A DNA stretch of 64,000 nt. Origin: Candidatus Moraniibacteriota bacterium (lineage in GTDB: Bacteria > Patescibacteriota > Minisyncoccia > Moranbacterales > GWC2-37-73). Of the stretch, positions 1-9,742 are shown piece after piece (positions within the stretch are counted from its first letter, which is position 1; each line of letters begins with the position of its first letter). The stretch covers positions 4,552 through 68,551 of the forward strand of contig DAIUDF010000002.1 in assembly GCA_036845785.1 (NCBI GenBank), read 5' to 3'. The position numbers and the translations under genes were made by a program. Below the pieces are notes generated by a model. That model was not told the DNA's origin, ran no database searches, and saw nothing but the letters and a program-made list of their open reading frames with translations.

Positions 1-160
1 AACAAAACCCCCGTCTATAGGGGGAATAGCCTATCCTCGCGGAGACCCGCCATACGGACGGTGTTCGGCTACTGTTTGACTCTATTATAATGCATGCAAT
101 AATTTTGTCAATAGTTACTACAGAAGGAGTTACATTTTTCTTTCAGTTTTTTATGGTAGT

Positions 161-679
161 ATGATTATGAAAAATATTGAAGTAAAAGTTTGTATTAATA
201 GCTTTAATGATGTGATTCATAGATTGGAAAAAATAGGAGCTAAATATAAAGGGGAATTGCATCAAGTCGACAGGTATTATAATTGCAGAACCGGAAGATT
301 GAAATTGCGTGAGATTGATAAGAAAAATCTAGAGTTGATATTTTATTCAAGACCTGATAAAAAAAGTGCCAAAGTCTCTGATTATGAGATTTTGGAGGTT
401 CCAGAAAATTTAAAACAAAAAACCGAAAAAACCTTTAAAAAAGCTTTTGGCGAGAAAGTAATTGTAAAAAAAGATAGAAAATTGTGGATGTATAAAAATA
501 CAAGAATTCATTTAGATAAAGTTGCAAAACTTGGTTATTTTTTGGAATTGGAAACCTTGGTTAAAAAGAATATGAAGAAATCAAAAGAAGAATATAAAGA
601 AATTTTTTCTTTCTTAGATCTTGATAAATATAAAAAATATAAAAAATCCTACAGTGATATGCTGCTGGCAAAAATATAG
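161..679 (+). CDS. CYTH-domain protein (class IV adenylyl cyclase / thiamine-triphosphatase-like)
   Basis: N-terminal 'EVKV' beta-strand motif and R-x-R ... LxLK pattern typical of CYTH; 172 aa. Start could be 161 or 167. Confidence 0.5.
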   Translation: MIMKNIEVKVCINSFNDVIHRLEKIGAKYKGELHQVDRYYNCRTGRLKLREIDKKNLELIFYSRPDKKSAKVSDYEILEVPENLKQKTEKTFKKAFGEKVIVKKDRKLWMYKNTRIHLDKVAKLGYFLELETLVKKNMKKSKEEYKEIFSFLDLDKYKKYKKSYSDMLLAKI

Positions 680-808
680 CATATAGATGGTACTGGCTTC
701 TGACGCCGGCAAGGGAAGCAGGTTTATTGTGGAAGTGCCACTGAATGCAGGGGGTTAATTAATTTTGAATTTATAATTTAGAATTTCGAATGAATTTTTA
801 ATGAAAAA

Positions 809-1174
809 ATGACTGAAACAAAAAGCAAAAATAAATATGATCTAGAAGAAAGAACTTCTAAATTTGGAGAGAACACAATATTATTCTGCAGAAAAATACG
901 TCAAGATACGATTACTAAGCCATTAATTTCTCAGTTAGTACGTTCTGCTACAAGTGTCGGAGCAAATTATGTGGAAGCCAATGGCGCAAGTTCGAAAAAA
1001 GATTTTAAAAACAAAATACATATTTGCAAAAAGGAGGCTCAAGAAAGCAAGCACTGGTTTAATATGCTTGCAATTGCTTATCCTGAAAGCATAAATGACG
1101 CAGAAAGATTACAAAAAGAAACGCAAGAACTAATTTTGATTTTTGGAAAAATTATTTCAACATTAAGAAATTAG
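809..1174 (+). CDS. four-helix-bundle protein (23S rRNA intervening-sequence protein family, TIGR02436-like)
   Basis: Family-typical motifs 'SVGANYVEA', 'KKDF', 'ICKKEAQESKHW'; ~120 aa. Confidence 0.6.
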   Translation: MTETKSKNKYDLEERTSKFGENTILFCRKIRQDTITKPLISQLVRSATSVGANYVEANGASSKKDFKNKIHICKKEAQESKHWFNMLAIAYPESINDAERLQKETQELILIFGKIISTLRN

Positions 1175-1221
1175 GATTTTAATCAAAATTCAAAATTAGA
1201 AATTAAAAATTAAGCTCGAAA

Positions 1222-1250
1222 AGCAACCATAAGAAGGTTGTTTTTTGTTT
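1222..1250 (+). terminator. rho-independent terminator (CAACC-loop-GGTTG + T-run)
   Basis: 5-bp stem 1224-1228/1236-1240 followed by TTTTTTGTTTG, directly after the four-helix-bundle gene. Confidence 0.45.
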
Positions 1251-1332
1251 GTAAAAATAATGCTTTTCTTCAGGCGGTATTTATTGTACAATTAAGAAGT
1301 AGGGGATTAATTTTAATTGCGGAATAAAAAAT

Positions 1333-2496
1333 ATGCGGATTTTGTTTTTCAATCACCAATTTTTGCCATCAACCAATGAAGCAGACGATATCACGCATCG
1401 TCTTCTTTCTGAGTTTGCCAAAAATCCTGAGATCCATGCCGATCTCGTAACTTTTTCCATTGATGGAAAAGAGCGCGTTTTGAAGATGGGAGGGAACATA
1501 ACCATTCATGAAATTCCGAACAAAAACAAAAACAGCGATTCAAACAGCGGAATTTTGAAACAGGGCTGGCAGATGTATAAATATGCCAAAAAACTTGCAA
1601 AAATGAACAGCTATGACCTGATCCATTCTTTTTCTTTGGTTCCTTTCGGTTTTGCTTGCCGGCGCCTGGGAAAAAAAATAAATGTCCCATTCATAATTTC
1701 TCTTCGCGCTTCTGATGTTATTGCAAATCAAGCCAGACCGGGATTTTTGCACAATACTGTTGCCAAAAAAATAATAGAAGCTTGGGAAAGCGCCAGTTTT
1801 ATTGTTGCCAGCAGCCAGTGGCTGGCCAGCGTTGAGCTGAAAAGCAAGCCTTTGAGAAAAATAAGCATAATTTACAATGGCGTTGATACGAAATATTTTT
1901 CTCCTAATCCCGACAAAAAAAAGGCTGACGATGTGTTTACAGTTGTCTGTTCACTGCCTTTTGAATCGGAAAACGGCATTCGCTTTTTAATTCAAGCTTT
2001 TAATATCCTGATAAGGCGCTATGAAAATCTGCGTTTAGTCATAATGGGCGACGGACGGGAAAGAGCTTCTTTGGAACAACTGGCAATGGGATTGAATCTG
2101 GATAAAAAAGTTATTTTTACCGGAATAATTCCGCAAGAGAAAATGTTGGAATATTATCAGTCAGCCAGTATTTTTGTTTCACCTTCTCTAAGGGAAAATT
2201 TTGAGAAATCCATTGTTGAAGCTTTGGCTTGTGGCTTGCCGGTGGTCGCAACTGATGTTGGGGCAGCCAGAGAATTTGTGGAAGACACAGAGAATGGCTT
2301 TATTGTTGAACCAAGAAACTCATACCAGATGGCTGAAAATATTGAAAAATTTCTGCTGGATAGCAAATTGGCAGAAAAAATGGGGGAAAAGAGCAGGGAA
2401 TTTTCAGAAAAGATAGACTGGGAAAGGGTGGCTGGCAAATATTTTGATTTATACAAAAAAACAGCAGATGTTTCCAGAATCGAAAAAGAAGAATAG
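1333..2496 (+). CDS. glycosyltransferase family 4 (Glycos_transf_1)
   Basis: C-terminal E-x7-E motif 'EKSIVEALACGLPVVATDVGAAREFVEDTENGFIV'. N-terminus is paralogous to ORF 7562..8734. Confidence 0.75.
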   Translation: MRILFFNHQFLPSTNEADDITHRLLSEFAKNPEIHADLVTFSIDGKERVLKMGGNITIHEIPNKNKNSDSNSGILKQGWQMYKYAKKLAKMNSYDLIHSFSLVPFGFACRRLGKKINVPFIISLRASDVIANQARPGFLHNTVAKKIIEAWESASFIVASSQWLASVELKSKPLRKISIIYNGVDTKYFSPNPDKKKADDVFTVVCSLPFESENGIRFLIQAFNILIRRYENLRLVIMGDGRERASLEQLAMGLNLDKKVIFTGIIPQEKMLEYYQSASIFVSPSLRENFEKSIVEALACGLPVVATDVGAAREFVEDTENGFIVEPRNSYQMAENIEKFLLDSKLAEKMGEKSREFSEKIDWERVAGKYFDLYKKTADVSRIEKEE

Positions 2497-2682
2497 CAGG
2501 AAACATTTTTATATTTGAAATTACATCTTAAAACAGGAAAGATGGCCACTATTTGCCCCAAAACGACATTTCTTATATAATAAGAAAGGAGTTTTTTAGC
2601 CTAATTTTAACAAAAAATTCCTTAGGAAGCGAAATAATAATTAATCAAAAGTAAGCTTGGAGTCCTTAATAATAGGGGCCCA

Positions 2683-2710
2683 ATCTTATTTAACAGGGTC
2701 AATGGAAAAG
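2683..2710 (+). repeat. copy 1 of the 'AATCTTATTTAACAGGGTNAATGGAAAA' motif, overlapping the GT2 start codon
   Basis: Same motif as on the minus strand at 30294-30320 (one mismatch over 28 nt); core TTATTTAACAGGG also at 30346 and 30484. Confidence 0.7.
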
Positions 2711-3637
2711 CCCTATTTATCAGTGGTTGTTCCTCTTTATAATGAAGAAGGAAACGTCAAAGAGTTGCACAAGCAAATTTTAGCCGCTTGTCAGGCACTG
2801 GGAAAATCTTTTGAAATAGTGTTTGTTGATGACGGCTCAAGTGACGGAACTATTAAGGATTGCGAAAATCTTTCACCGCTAACCTTGGTAAAATTCAGAA
2901 AGAATTTTGGCCAAACTGCCGCTTTTGACGCCGGAATCAAGCAGGCCAAGGGAGAGATTATCATCACAATGGACGGCGATTTGCAAAATGACCCCAAGGA
3001 CATCGGTCTTTTGCTGGAAAAAATGAATGAAGGATTTGATGTGGTTTCCGGATGGAGATTTGAAAGAAAAGACACTTTTATGAAAAAGTTTTTTTCCAGA
3101 GGCGCCAATCTCCTCAGGAAATTTTTAGTGGAAGATAATATTCATGACAGCGGCTGCAGCTTGAAGGCTTACAAAAAAGAATGTTTTGAAAATGTCGATC
3201 TTTTCGGAGAAATGCACCGCTTTATGCCGGCCATTTTGCAGTTTGACGGATATAGGGTCGGAGAAGTTAAAGTTTCTCATCATCCGCGAATTCATGGCAA
3301 AACGAAATATAATTGGCGAAGAGCCATCAAGGGTTTTGTGGATATGATTTCTATTTGGTTTTGGAGGAAATATTCCAACAGGCCGCTCCATTTATTCGGA
3401 GCCACAGGCATTATTTTTTCGCTTGTCGGTTTTGCCATCCTTGCTTGGATGGGCGTGGAAAAGATATTTTTTGGAATGTCGATTGCGGAACGAAACTGGC
3501 CGTTGATCGGAGTATTTTTTGTGCTTGTTGGAATCCAACTTTTTGTGTTCGGACTTCTGGCTGACATTTTGCTCAAGATATATTACAAAAACCGAAACGC
3601 GATGAATTATAATATAAAAGAAACAATTAATCGATAG
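2702..3637 (+). CDS. GT2 polyprenyl-phosphate sugar transferase (GtrB/ArnC/DPM1-like, C-terminal TM helices)
   Basis: 'LSVVVPLYNEE', 'VFVDDGSSDGT', 'DGDLQND' motifs plus two C-terminal TM helices. The track ORF starts at a TTG (2657); the ATG at 2702 (MEKPYLSVVVP) is the likely start. Confidence 0.75.
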   Translation: MEKPYLSVVVPLYNEEGNVKELHKQILAACQALGKSFEIVFVDDGSSDGTIKDCENLSPLTLVKFRKNFGQTAAFDAGIKQAKGEIIITMDGDLQNDPKDIGLLLEKMNEGFDVVSGWRFERKDTFMKKFFSRGANLLRKFLVEDNIHDSGCSLKAYKKECFENVDLFGEMHRFMPAILQFDGYRVGEVKVSHHPRIHGKTKYNWRRAIKGFVDMISIWFWRKYSNRPLHLFGATGIIFSLVGFAILAWMGVEKIFFGMSIAERNWPLIGVFFVLVGIQLFVFGLLADILLKIYYKNRNAMNYNIKETINR

Positions 3638-3711
3638 CAAGTTCATAAAGCTCATAAAGTAAAATTTTTTAATGAACTCTATGAACTTTTGACTTGAAAA
3701 ACTAAAACTAT

Positions 3712-5040
3712 ATGAAGATTGCAGTCATTGGAACAGGTTATGTGGGTTCAGTTACCGGTGCATGTTTTGCCGAAATGGGCAATAATGTGGTTTGTGTCGA
3801 CAAAGATCAAAAAAAAGTGGATCAATTTGCCAGCGGCAAAGTTCCTTTGCATGAAAACGGCTTGGATGAAATTGTTGAACGCAACTTGAAGAATAAAAAC
3901 CTTTCCTTCACTACAAATTTGGAGGAAGCGATCAAGGAAAATGACATTATTTTTATTGCAGTTGGAACTCCTCCAAATGAAGATGGTAGTGCAGATCTCA
4001 GCCATGTTTTGGATGTTGCAAAATCAATCGGGCAAACAATGGACCACCCTTTGATTATCATTGACAAATCTACGGTTCCAGTCGGTACGGCTGAGTTAGT
4101 CAGGAAAACTATCTCTGGTGAACTTGAAAAGCGTGGCGAAAAAATCGAATTCAATGTTGTCAGCAATCCAGAATTTTTGGCGCAAGGAACAGCCGTCAAG
4201 GATTTTTTAGAGCCAAGCCGGATTGTTGTCGGATCAGATAATGCTGAAACCATAAAAATATTGCAGGATATGTATGCTCCGTTTACCCGCCGAGAGGGCA
4301 GGTTTTTTGCCATGGATCAAAAAACAGCTGAAATTGTTAAATATGCTTCCAATTGTTTCTTGGCGGCCAAAATTTCTGTCAATAATGAACTGGCAAACAT
4401 CTGCGCCAAGGCTGGGGCTGATTTTGACAATGTCCGCAAAGCCATGGGCGCAGATCCAAGAATCGGAGAACCTTTTATGTATGCCGGTCCTGGATTTGGA
4501 GGCTCATGCTTTCCAAAAGACGTAAAAGCTCTAATAAAAACTGCTAAAGATCTAGGATATGATGCTGAAATGTTCAGGCAAACATTAGTTACAAATGAAA
4601 AACAAAAATTCGTTTTGTCTCAAATGGTTATTGATAAATTTGGAGAAGATCTGAAAGGCAAAACATTCTCTGTTTGGGGGCTGGCTTTCAAGGCAGGCAC
4701 GGATGATATGCGCGAATCTTCAGCGCTGACAATCATTAACGAACTTATTAAGCACGGCGCTAAGATCCAGGCTTATGATCCGGAAGCTATGCATATGGCC
4801 AAGTGGCCGGAATATTTTGGCGATAATCCAAACATAACCTATCTTGAAGACAAATATAGCGTGCTAAAAGATGCCGATGCCTTGCTTGTTGTGACTGAAT
4901 GGAAAGATTTCAGGGCGCCTGATTTTGAAGAAATTAAAAAACTTTTGCATCGTCCCGTGATTTTTGACGGTCGTCTGCTTTATGATCCGAAAAAAATGAA
5001 AGAACTCGGGTTTGAGTATAAATCGATAGGAAGAGGGTAG
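3712..5040 (+). CDS. ugd: UDP-glucose 6-dehydrogenase
   Basis: N-terminal 'IAVIGTGYVGSVTGACFAEMG' Rossmann motif and the catalytic 'GFGGSCFPKD' signature of the UDP-glucose/GDP-mannose dehydrogenase family; 442 aa. Confidence 0.8.
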   Translation: MKIAVIGTGYVGSVTGACFAEMGNNVVCVDKDQKKVDQFASGKVPLHENGLDEIVERNLKNKNLSFTTNLEEAIKENDIIFIAVGTPPNEDGSADLSHVLDVAKSIGQTMDHPLIIIDKSTVPVGTAELVRKTISGELEKRGEKIEFNVVSNPEFLAQGTAVKDFLEPSRIVVGSDNAETIKILQDMYAPFTRREGRFFAMDQKTAEIVKYASNCFLAAKISVNNELANICAKAGADFDNVRKAMGADPRIGEPFMYAGPGFGGSCFPKDVKALIKTAKDLGYDAEMFRQTLVTNEKQKFVLSQMVIDKFGEDLKGKTFSVWGLAFKAGTDDMRESSALTIINELIKHGAKIQAYDPEAMHMAKWPEYFGDNPNITYLEDKYSVLKDADALLVVTEWKDFRAPDFEEIKKLLHRPVIFDGRLLYDPKKMKELGFEYKSIGRG

Positions 5041-5052
5041 GATTATGTAGCT

Positions 5053-5841
5053 ATGAGATATGTATTAATATTATTAATATCACTTTTTATTTTTGTCTTG
5101 GAATTTTCGTATTCACAAGCTTTTAGTTTGGGGATAATTACGGATATTCATGCTGGCGGTTCAAAAGATGTTGAAAGATCGGAGAAAAACATTATGTACC
5201 CAAGTCGATATTGCATCAATCTCGAGAGAATAAAAAAATCAGGGGTTGATTATATATTGTCTTTAGGGGATAACACTTTGAATGGGAAAGAATCAGAAGC
5301 CAAGAAGGCGCTAAAATGCATGAAGGGTTATGACGTTTTATGGGTGAAGGGAAACCATGACAAAGAAGTTGCCTGGCAATTTTTTAGAACTCCCAATTAT
5401 TACAGCAAGCAAATTGAAAATTGGAAGATAATAGTTTTGGATTCTTCAAAAATTGATCCCAGTAGTTCAGGCGGTTTTCGAGATGATCAGCTAGAATGGC
5501 TGAAAAAAGAGTTAAATGAAAATGATTCAAATGATATTGAAAATATATTTATAGCGATGCATCACAATGTTTTTGAAAAATTTGCCCTTTTTCCCAGTCC
5601 CGGATTCCTCAACATTCTTTTTCCTCAATTTTCCGAACCGATCCAGCTGGAACGGATAAATCTTGTATATAAAAAATTTATAGAAATAATAGAATCAAAC
5701 AATAAAGTCAGGTATGTCTATTCCGGGCACCTTCATTTGAATAATAGGTGTCTCCAGATGGGTAACATAGAATATTGTTCTGTTCCGTCTGTTTCTACGA
5801 TGAATTACGAAGGCTACTTCAAGGAGCTGTCATTAGAATAA
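5053..5841 (+). CDS. secreted calcineurin-like metallophosphoesterase
   Basis: Signal peptide, then 'DIHAGG', 'GDN', 'GNHD' and 'GHLH' metallophosphatase motifs. Confidence 0.65.
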   Translation: MRYVLILLISLFIFVLEFSYSQAFSLGIITDIHAGGSKDVERSEKNIMYPSRYCINLERIKKSGVDYILSLGDNTLNGKESEAKKALKCMKGYDVLWVKGNHDKEVAWQFFRTPNYYSKQIENWKIIVLDSSKIDPSSSGGFRDDQLEWLKKELNENDSNDIENIFIAMHHNVFEKFALFPSPGFLNILFPQFSEPIQLERINLVYKKFIEIIESNNKVRYVYSGHLHLNNRCLQMGNIEYCSVPSVSTMNYEGYFKELSLE

Positions 5842-5856
5842 ATAAAATAACATAAA

Positions 5857-7491
5857 ATGAAAAAATTTTTTGATAAAGTTAAAGAAAAAAAATTCTTCTG
5901 GTTTTTATTTGCTTGTATTTTAATACTAGGGATATTTCTAAGAACATATAATTTTCATGACTGGCTAAGATTCAGCATGGATCAATCGAGAGATGCCCTT
6001 ATAATAAGCAAAGCAATTAGTGGGGAAGAAAAGCTCCCCCTTTTGGGACCGCTTGCAGGAGGAACAGACTTTCACCTGGGTCCTGCCTATTATTATTTTT
6101 CCTATTTGTCCGCTAAGATTTTTGGAAACGAGCCTGACAAAATGGCGTTTCCCAGCCTGTTTTTTTCGATTCTTGCGATGCCTCTTCTGTTTGTCTTCTT
6201 GAGAGAATATTTTGACAGGAAAATTTCTCTCATTTTAATGGCAATCATGAGCATTTCGTATTTTTCCATTGTTTATTCAAGATTTTCTTCAAATCCGAAC
6301 ATTACACCATTTTTTGTTTTACTTTTGCTGTATACTTTTTTAAAGGTGCTCAATAGGAAAAAAGATAATGATTGGCTGTGGTTTTCTTTAATGGGAATGG
6401 CATTGGGAATTGGAATCCAGCTTCACACGACTCTTCTGGTTATTTTACCGTTTGCCACTCTAGCTGTCTTTGCTTACTTATTTAAGAAATACGGTGGGAA
6501 AATGATTAAAGGCTTTTTTGTTGTTCTGGCTTTTGCATTAATCCTTAATTCGGGGCAGATCGCCAATGAAATTAAAACAGATGGAGCAAACACCAAAGCT
6601 TTCTTTAAAGGCATTGAAAAAAAGAGCGGAGGAGAGTCTTTCACAAAGAGACTTCTCCTGATCTCATCTTGTCAAGCAAGGGCTAATTCAAATATAATCT
6701 CTTCCTTGCCTACAATTGAAAATTGCTCTAAGAATTACGATTTGTCAAAACCAGCCCCAAAAGAACAGCTGGGAGATATGATAAGCAGCAGATATCCAAG
6801 GAGGGCGGTTTTTTGGTCGGGAATAGTTTTTTCAATACTGTTTTCCTTGTTTGGGTATGCGTTGCTTGTTTTTTATTTTTTGAAAGAGAAGGAAGAAAAA
6901 GCTAAAAATTTTTTGGGAACCGTTCTGCTTTTCAATTCCATCTCGCTGGTTTTTCTTTTTCCTATAACCTTATATATTTCGATAAATTATTTCATATTTT
7001 TATTTTTCGTTCCCTTTGTTCTTCTCGGGCTTTTTTATAAGTTTCTGACAGAGAAATTTGGGAATCTAGGCAGGAATGTCTTTTTTGCCGTTATCTTTAT
7101 CCTGCTCTGCTCCTCTTTTATGGTGGACAGGAATGCTTATCGTAAATATGCGAATGGTCTTAATAATAATGTGGGCAACAGCGACCTGGAAGAAGTGGAA
7201 GAGATTTTTTCTTATATGCTGGAGAAATCATCAAAAAATCCGGTGCTGCTCAGCGGAAGGATAGGATATGTTGAAAGATTTTCAGAGCCACTTGTTTATT
7301 TCTTTTCGGTCTCAGGTAAAGAAATTTTAGAACTTAAGTCAAACAGCATAAGCAATCTGGAAGTTTCAGAAGTTTTTTATATACAAAAAAAAGGATCCGA
7401 AGACATAAAAAAAGATAAAATTGTTGACGGTTTTTCGGTGACCGACGGCAAAAGATTCAAGGCTGTGGACGTGTATTTCATAAAAAAATAA
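5857..7491 (+). CDS. GT-C fold membrane glycosyltransferase, ArnT/PMT-like (GT39/GT83 family), paralog A
   Basis: Multi-TM N-terminal half with the conserved loop 'RTYNFHDWLRFSMDQSRDA' and 'RFSSNPN'. Strongly paralogous to 11672, 13449 and 15176. Confidence 0.55.
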   Translation: MKKFFDKVKEKKFFWFLFACILILGIFLRTYNFHDWLRFSMDQSRDALIISKAISGEEKLPLLGPLAGGTDFHLGPAYYYFSYLSAKIFGNEPDKMAFPSLFFSILAMPLLFVFLREYFDRKISLILMAIMSISYFSIVYSRFSSNPNITPFFVLLLLYTFLKVLNRKKDNDWLWFSLMGMALGIGIQLHTTLLVILPFATLAVFAYLFKKYGGKMIKGFFVVLAFALILNSGQIANEIKTDGANTKAFFKGIEKKSGGESFTKRLLLISSCQARANSNIISSLPTIENCSKNYDLSKPAPKEQLGDMISSRYPRRAVFWSGIVFSILFSLFGYALLVFYFLKEKEEKAKNFLGTVLLFNSISLVFLFPITLYISINYFIFLFFVPFVLLGLFYKFLTEKFGNLGRNVFFAVIFILLCSSFMVDRNAYRKYANGLNNNVGNSDLEEVEEIFSYMLEKSSKNPVLLSGRIGYVERFSEPLVYFFSVSGKEILELKSNSISNLEVSEVFYIQKKGSEDIKKDKIVDGFSVTDGKRFKAVDVYFIKK

Positions 7492-7561
7492 CTTTTTGAT
7501 TTAATCATCCAAAAATGGTATAAATAATTCTATAAGTCTTTAATTTTTCTAAAACATCAAT

Positions 7562-8734
7562 ATGAAGATAATCTTTTTTAATTATGAATTTCCGCCACTG
7601 GGCGGTGGAGCTGGCAACGCTTCCTTCTATATGTTACGTGAATATACCAAGAATCCTGATATTCAGGTAGATTTCGTCACGTCTTCCATAGATGAAAAAC
7701 AGCATCTGGAAAAAATGGGCAGCAACATTGCAATTCACCGATTGCCAATTGGGAAAAATCCCGACAATATCCACTATCAATCCCAAAAAGAACTTTTGAA
7801 ATACACTTGGGAAGCTTATAAATTTTCAAAGAAGTTAGCTAAAGAAAATAAATATGATTTAACTCACTCTTTTTTTTCGGTGCCATGTGGCGTGATCTCA
7901 TTGCTTTTAAAAAGAAAATTCGGAATTCCTTATATTATATCGCTGCGAGGTTCGGACGTTCCGGGCTATAGTGAAAGATTCACGGCTTTATATAAAGTCA
8001 TTACTCCGATCATAAAAAAAATATGGAAAGAAGCTTATTTTGTGATAGCCAATAGCCAAGGTTTAGCTGAGCTTGCCCTGAAATCCAAGCCAGAAAAAGA
8101 AATCGGCATAATTCCCAACGGCATTGATACTAAAGAATTTTTTCCAGCTCCTGAAAAAAATGAGGCGGATAAGTTTACGATTATCTGTGTTTCACGCGTC
8201 ACCCCGCGCAAAGGAATACGTTTCTTAATTCAGGCTTTTAATATTTTGTCTAAACGCTATGATTATCTCCGCTTGATTATTGTCGGAGATGGAAATGAAC
8301 GTGCATCACTCGAAGATTTAGTGCAGACCTTGGGACTCAAAGAAAAAGTTTTATTTACAGGACCTGTTTTGCATGAAAAAGTTTTGGAATATTATCAAAA
8401 AGCCAATATTTTTGCTTTGCCATCAATGAACGAAGGTATGAGCAACACCATGTTGGAAGCCCTGGCTTGCGGTTTGCCCCTGATTGCAACTAATACAGGG
8501 GGGACAAAAGAATTGATTGAGGAGGGACAAAATGGCTTTATTGTAAAAATGAAAGAAGCTAATGATTTGGCGGAAAAAATTGAAAAATTCTTGTTGGACA
8601 AAAATTTGGAAGCCAGAATGGGTCAAGCTAGTCGGGAACTAGCAGAGAAACTCGATTGGTCGGTGGTAGCTAATGAATATTTTGCTTTATATCAAAAAAC
8701 AGTTAATTTGCCAAAGATAAAGCAAGGAGAATAA
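7562..8734 (+). CDS. glycosyltransferase family 4
   Basis: 'MLEALACGLPLIATNTGGTKELIEEGQNGFIV'; paralog of 1333..2496. Confidence 0.75.
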   Translation: MKIIFFNYEFPPLGGGAGNASFYMLREYTKNPDIQVDFVTSSIDEKQHLEKMGSNIAIHRLPIGKNPDNIHYQSQKELLKYTWEAYKFSKKLAKENKYDLTHSFFSVPCGVISLLLKRKFGIPYIISLRGSDVPGYSERFTALYKVITPIIKKIWKEAYFVIANSQGLAELALKSKPEKEIGIIPNGIDTKEFFPAPEKNEADKFTIICVSRVTPRKGIRFLIQAFNILSKRYDYLRLIIVGDGNERASLEDLVQTLGLKEKVLFTGPVLHEKVLEYYQKANIFALPSMNEGMSNTMLEALACGLPLIATNTGGTKELIEEGQNGFIVKMKEANDLAEKIEKFLLDKNLEARMGQASRELAEKLDWSVVANEYFALYQKTVNLPKIKQGE

Positions 8735-8740
8735 AATAAA

Positions 8741-9673
8741 ATGCTAAATATTAAAAAATGGCTTAAATTTATTTTGAAATTAATTGTCAGTCTGGCTTTT
8801 GTTGCTTGGCTTATTTTTAAGGTTGATTGGCAGGAAGTTCTTTTTTATTTTGAAAAAATTTCGCTTTGGCAAACTCTCTTGTATATAGCAGTGGTTATCC
8901 TGAGTATTACGGTGTCTTCTTATAAATGGAAAATTTTAGTCGAATTTAAAAAATTCAATGTGCCACTTGAAAAAGCTTTTCAATTGTATCTGGCCGGAAT
9001 TTTTATCAATAATTTCATGCCGTCTTTCATTGGCGGAGATACTTACAAAGCCTATCAGCTAGGTAAAGAAAAGAAAGAATATGTTTCAGCTGCTACTAGC
9101 GTTGTTATGGATAGAATAACCGGGCTTTTGGGAGCTATGTTACTCTCAGTTTTTTTTGCTCTTTTTAACTGGGGCGTTGTTTCAAAATACCAAGTTTTGA
9201 TTATTATTTTAGGTATAATAATTGCGTCTTTGGTGGCCGTAATTATTTTATTAATCGCAGCCAGGCTTTCTTTTTGGGAAAAAATTTCCAAATATATACC
9301 GGAAAAAGTGCTTAGAATCATTAGAGACTTGCTGCATTATGTGAGCGATAGAAAAATGATGTTCAAAATATTGGTTTTGTCGCTGATTTTTAACTTTATT
9401 GGTCTGGCGGTTGCCAACTATGTTTTGTTTTGGGGCTTGGGAATAGAAATTGATATGCTAAACTATTTGACAGTTATATTTTTAATCAGCATCGTTTCTT
9501 CAATTCCGATTAGCATAAATAACATAGGCATTAAAGAATGGGCCTACGTTACATTTTTTGGTTTTTTCGGAGTGGCTTCTTCGGGAGTGGTGGCGGTGGC
9601 ACTTCTTAGCCGGGTGATCCAAATGGTTATCAGTTTCGCAGCAGTTCCGTTTTATTTGAAAAACAAAAAATGA
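8741..9673 (+). CDS. flippase-like / lysylphosphatidylglycerol-synthase-TM-domain family membrane protein (TIGR00374-like)
   Basis: ~8 TM helices and a 'SFIGGDTYKAYQLGK' loop. Strong SD (AAGGAGA) before the ATG. Confidence 0.45.
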   Translation: MLNIKKWLKFILKLIVSLAFVAWLIFKVDWQEVLFYFEKISLWQTLLYIAVVILSITVSSYKWKILVEFKKFNVPLEKAFQLYLAGIFINNFMPSFIGGDTYKAYQLGKEKKEYVSAATSVVMDRITGLLGAMLLSVFFALFNWGVVSKYQVLIIILGIIIASLVAVIILLIAARLSFWEKISKYIPEKVLRIIRDLLHYVSDRKMMFKILVLSLIFNFIGLAVANYVLFWGLGIEIDMLNYLTVIFLISIVSSIPISINNIGIKEWAYVTFFGFFGVASSGVVAVALLSRVIQMVISFAAVPFYLKNKK

Positions 9674-9695
9674 CAATTTGCAAATTAAAAATTAA

Positions 9696-9722
9696 AAAAC
9701 GCTCTTACTCGGGCGTTTTTTG
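9696..9722. terminator. bidirectional hairpin terminator between convergent genes
   Basis: AACGCtC ... GgGCGTT stem with a T-run. Lies between 8741..9673(+) and 9743..11575(-). Confidence 0.4.
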
Positions 9723-9742
9723 TTAGAAATATTTTAAAGAAA

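Noticed and set aside
1-100. 3' end of tmRNA or a tRNA-like element (GGACGGTGTTCGGCT)
   Set aside because: It only superficially resembles the tmRNA T-arm. There is no GGGTTCGATTCCC, no CCA end and no complementary acceptor stem.
1391-2561. Several 60-134 aa ORFs on both strands overlapping the GT4 gene (1391-1690-, 1540-1752-, 2157-2561-, 2201-2416+, 2300-2506-)
   Set aside because: All overlap a well-supported GT4 CDS and have no motifs. They are typical spurious frames.
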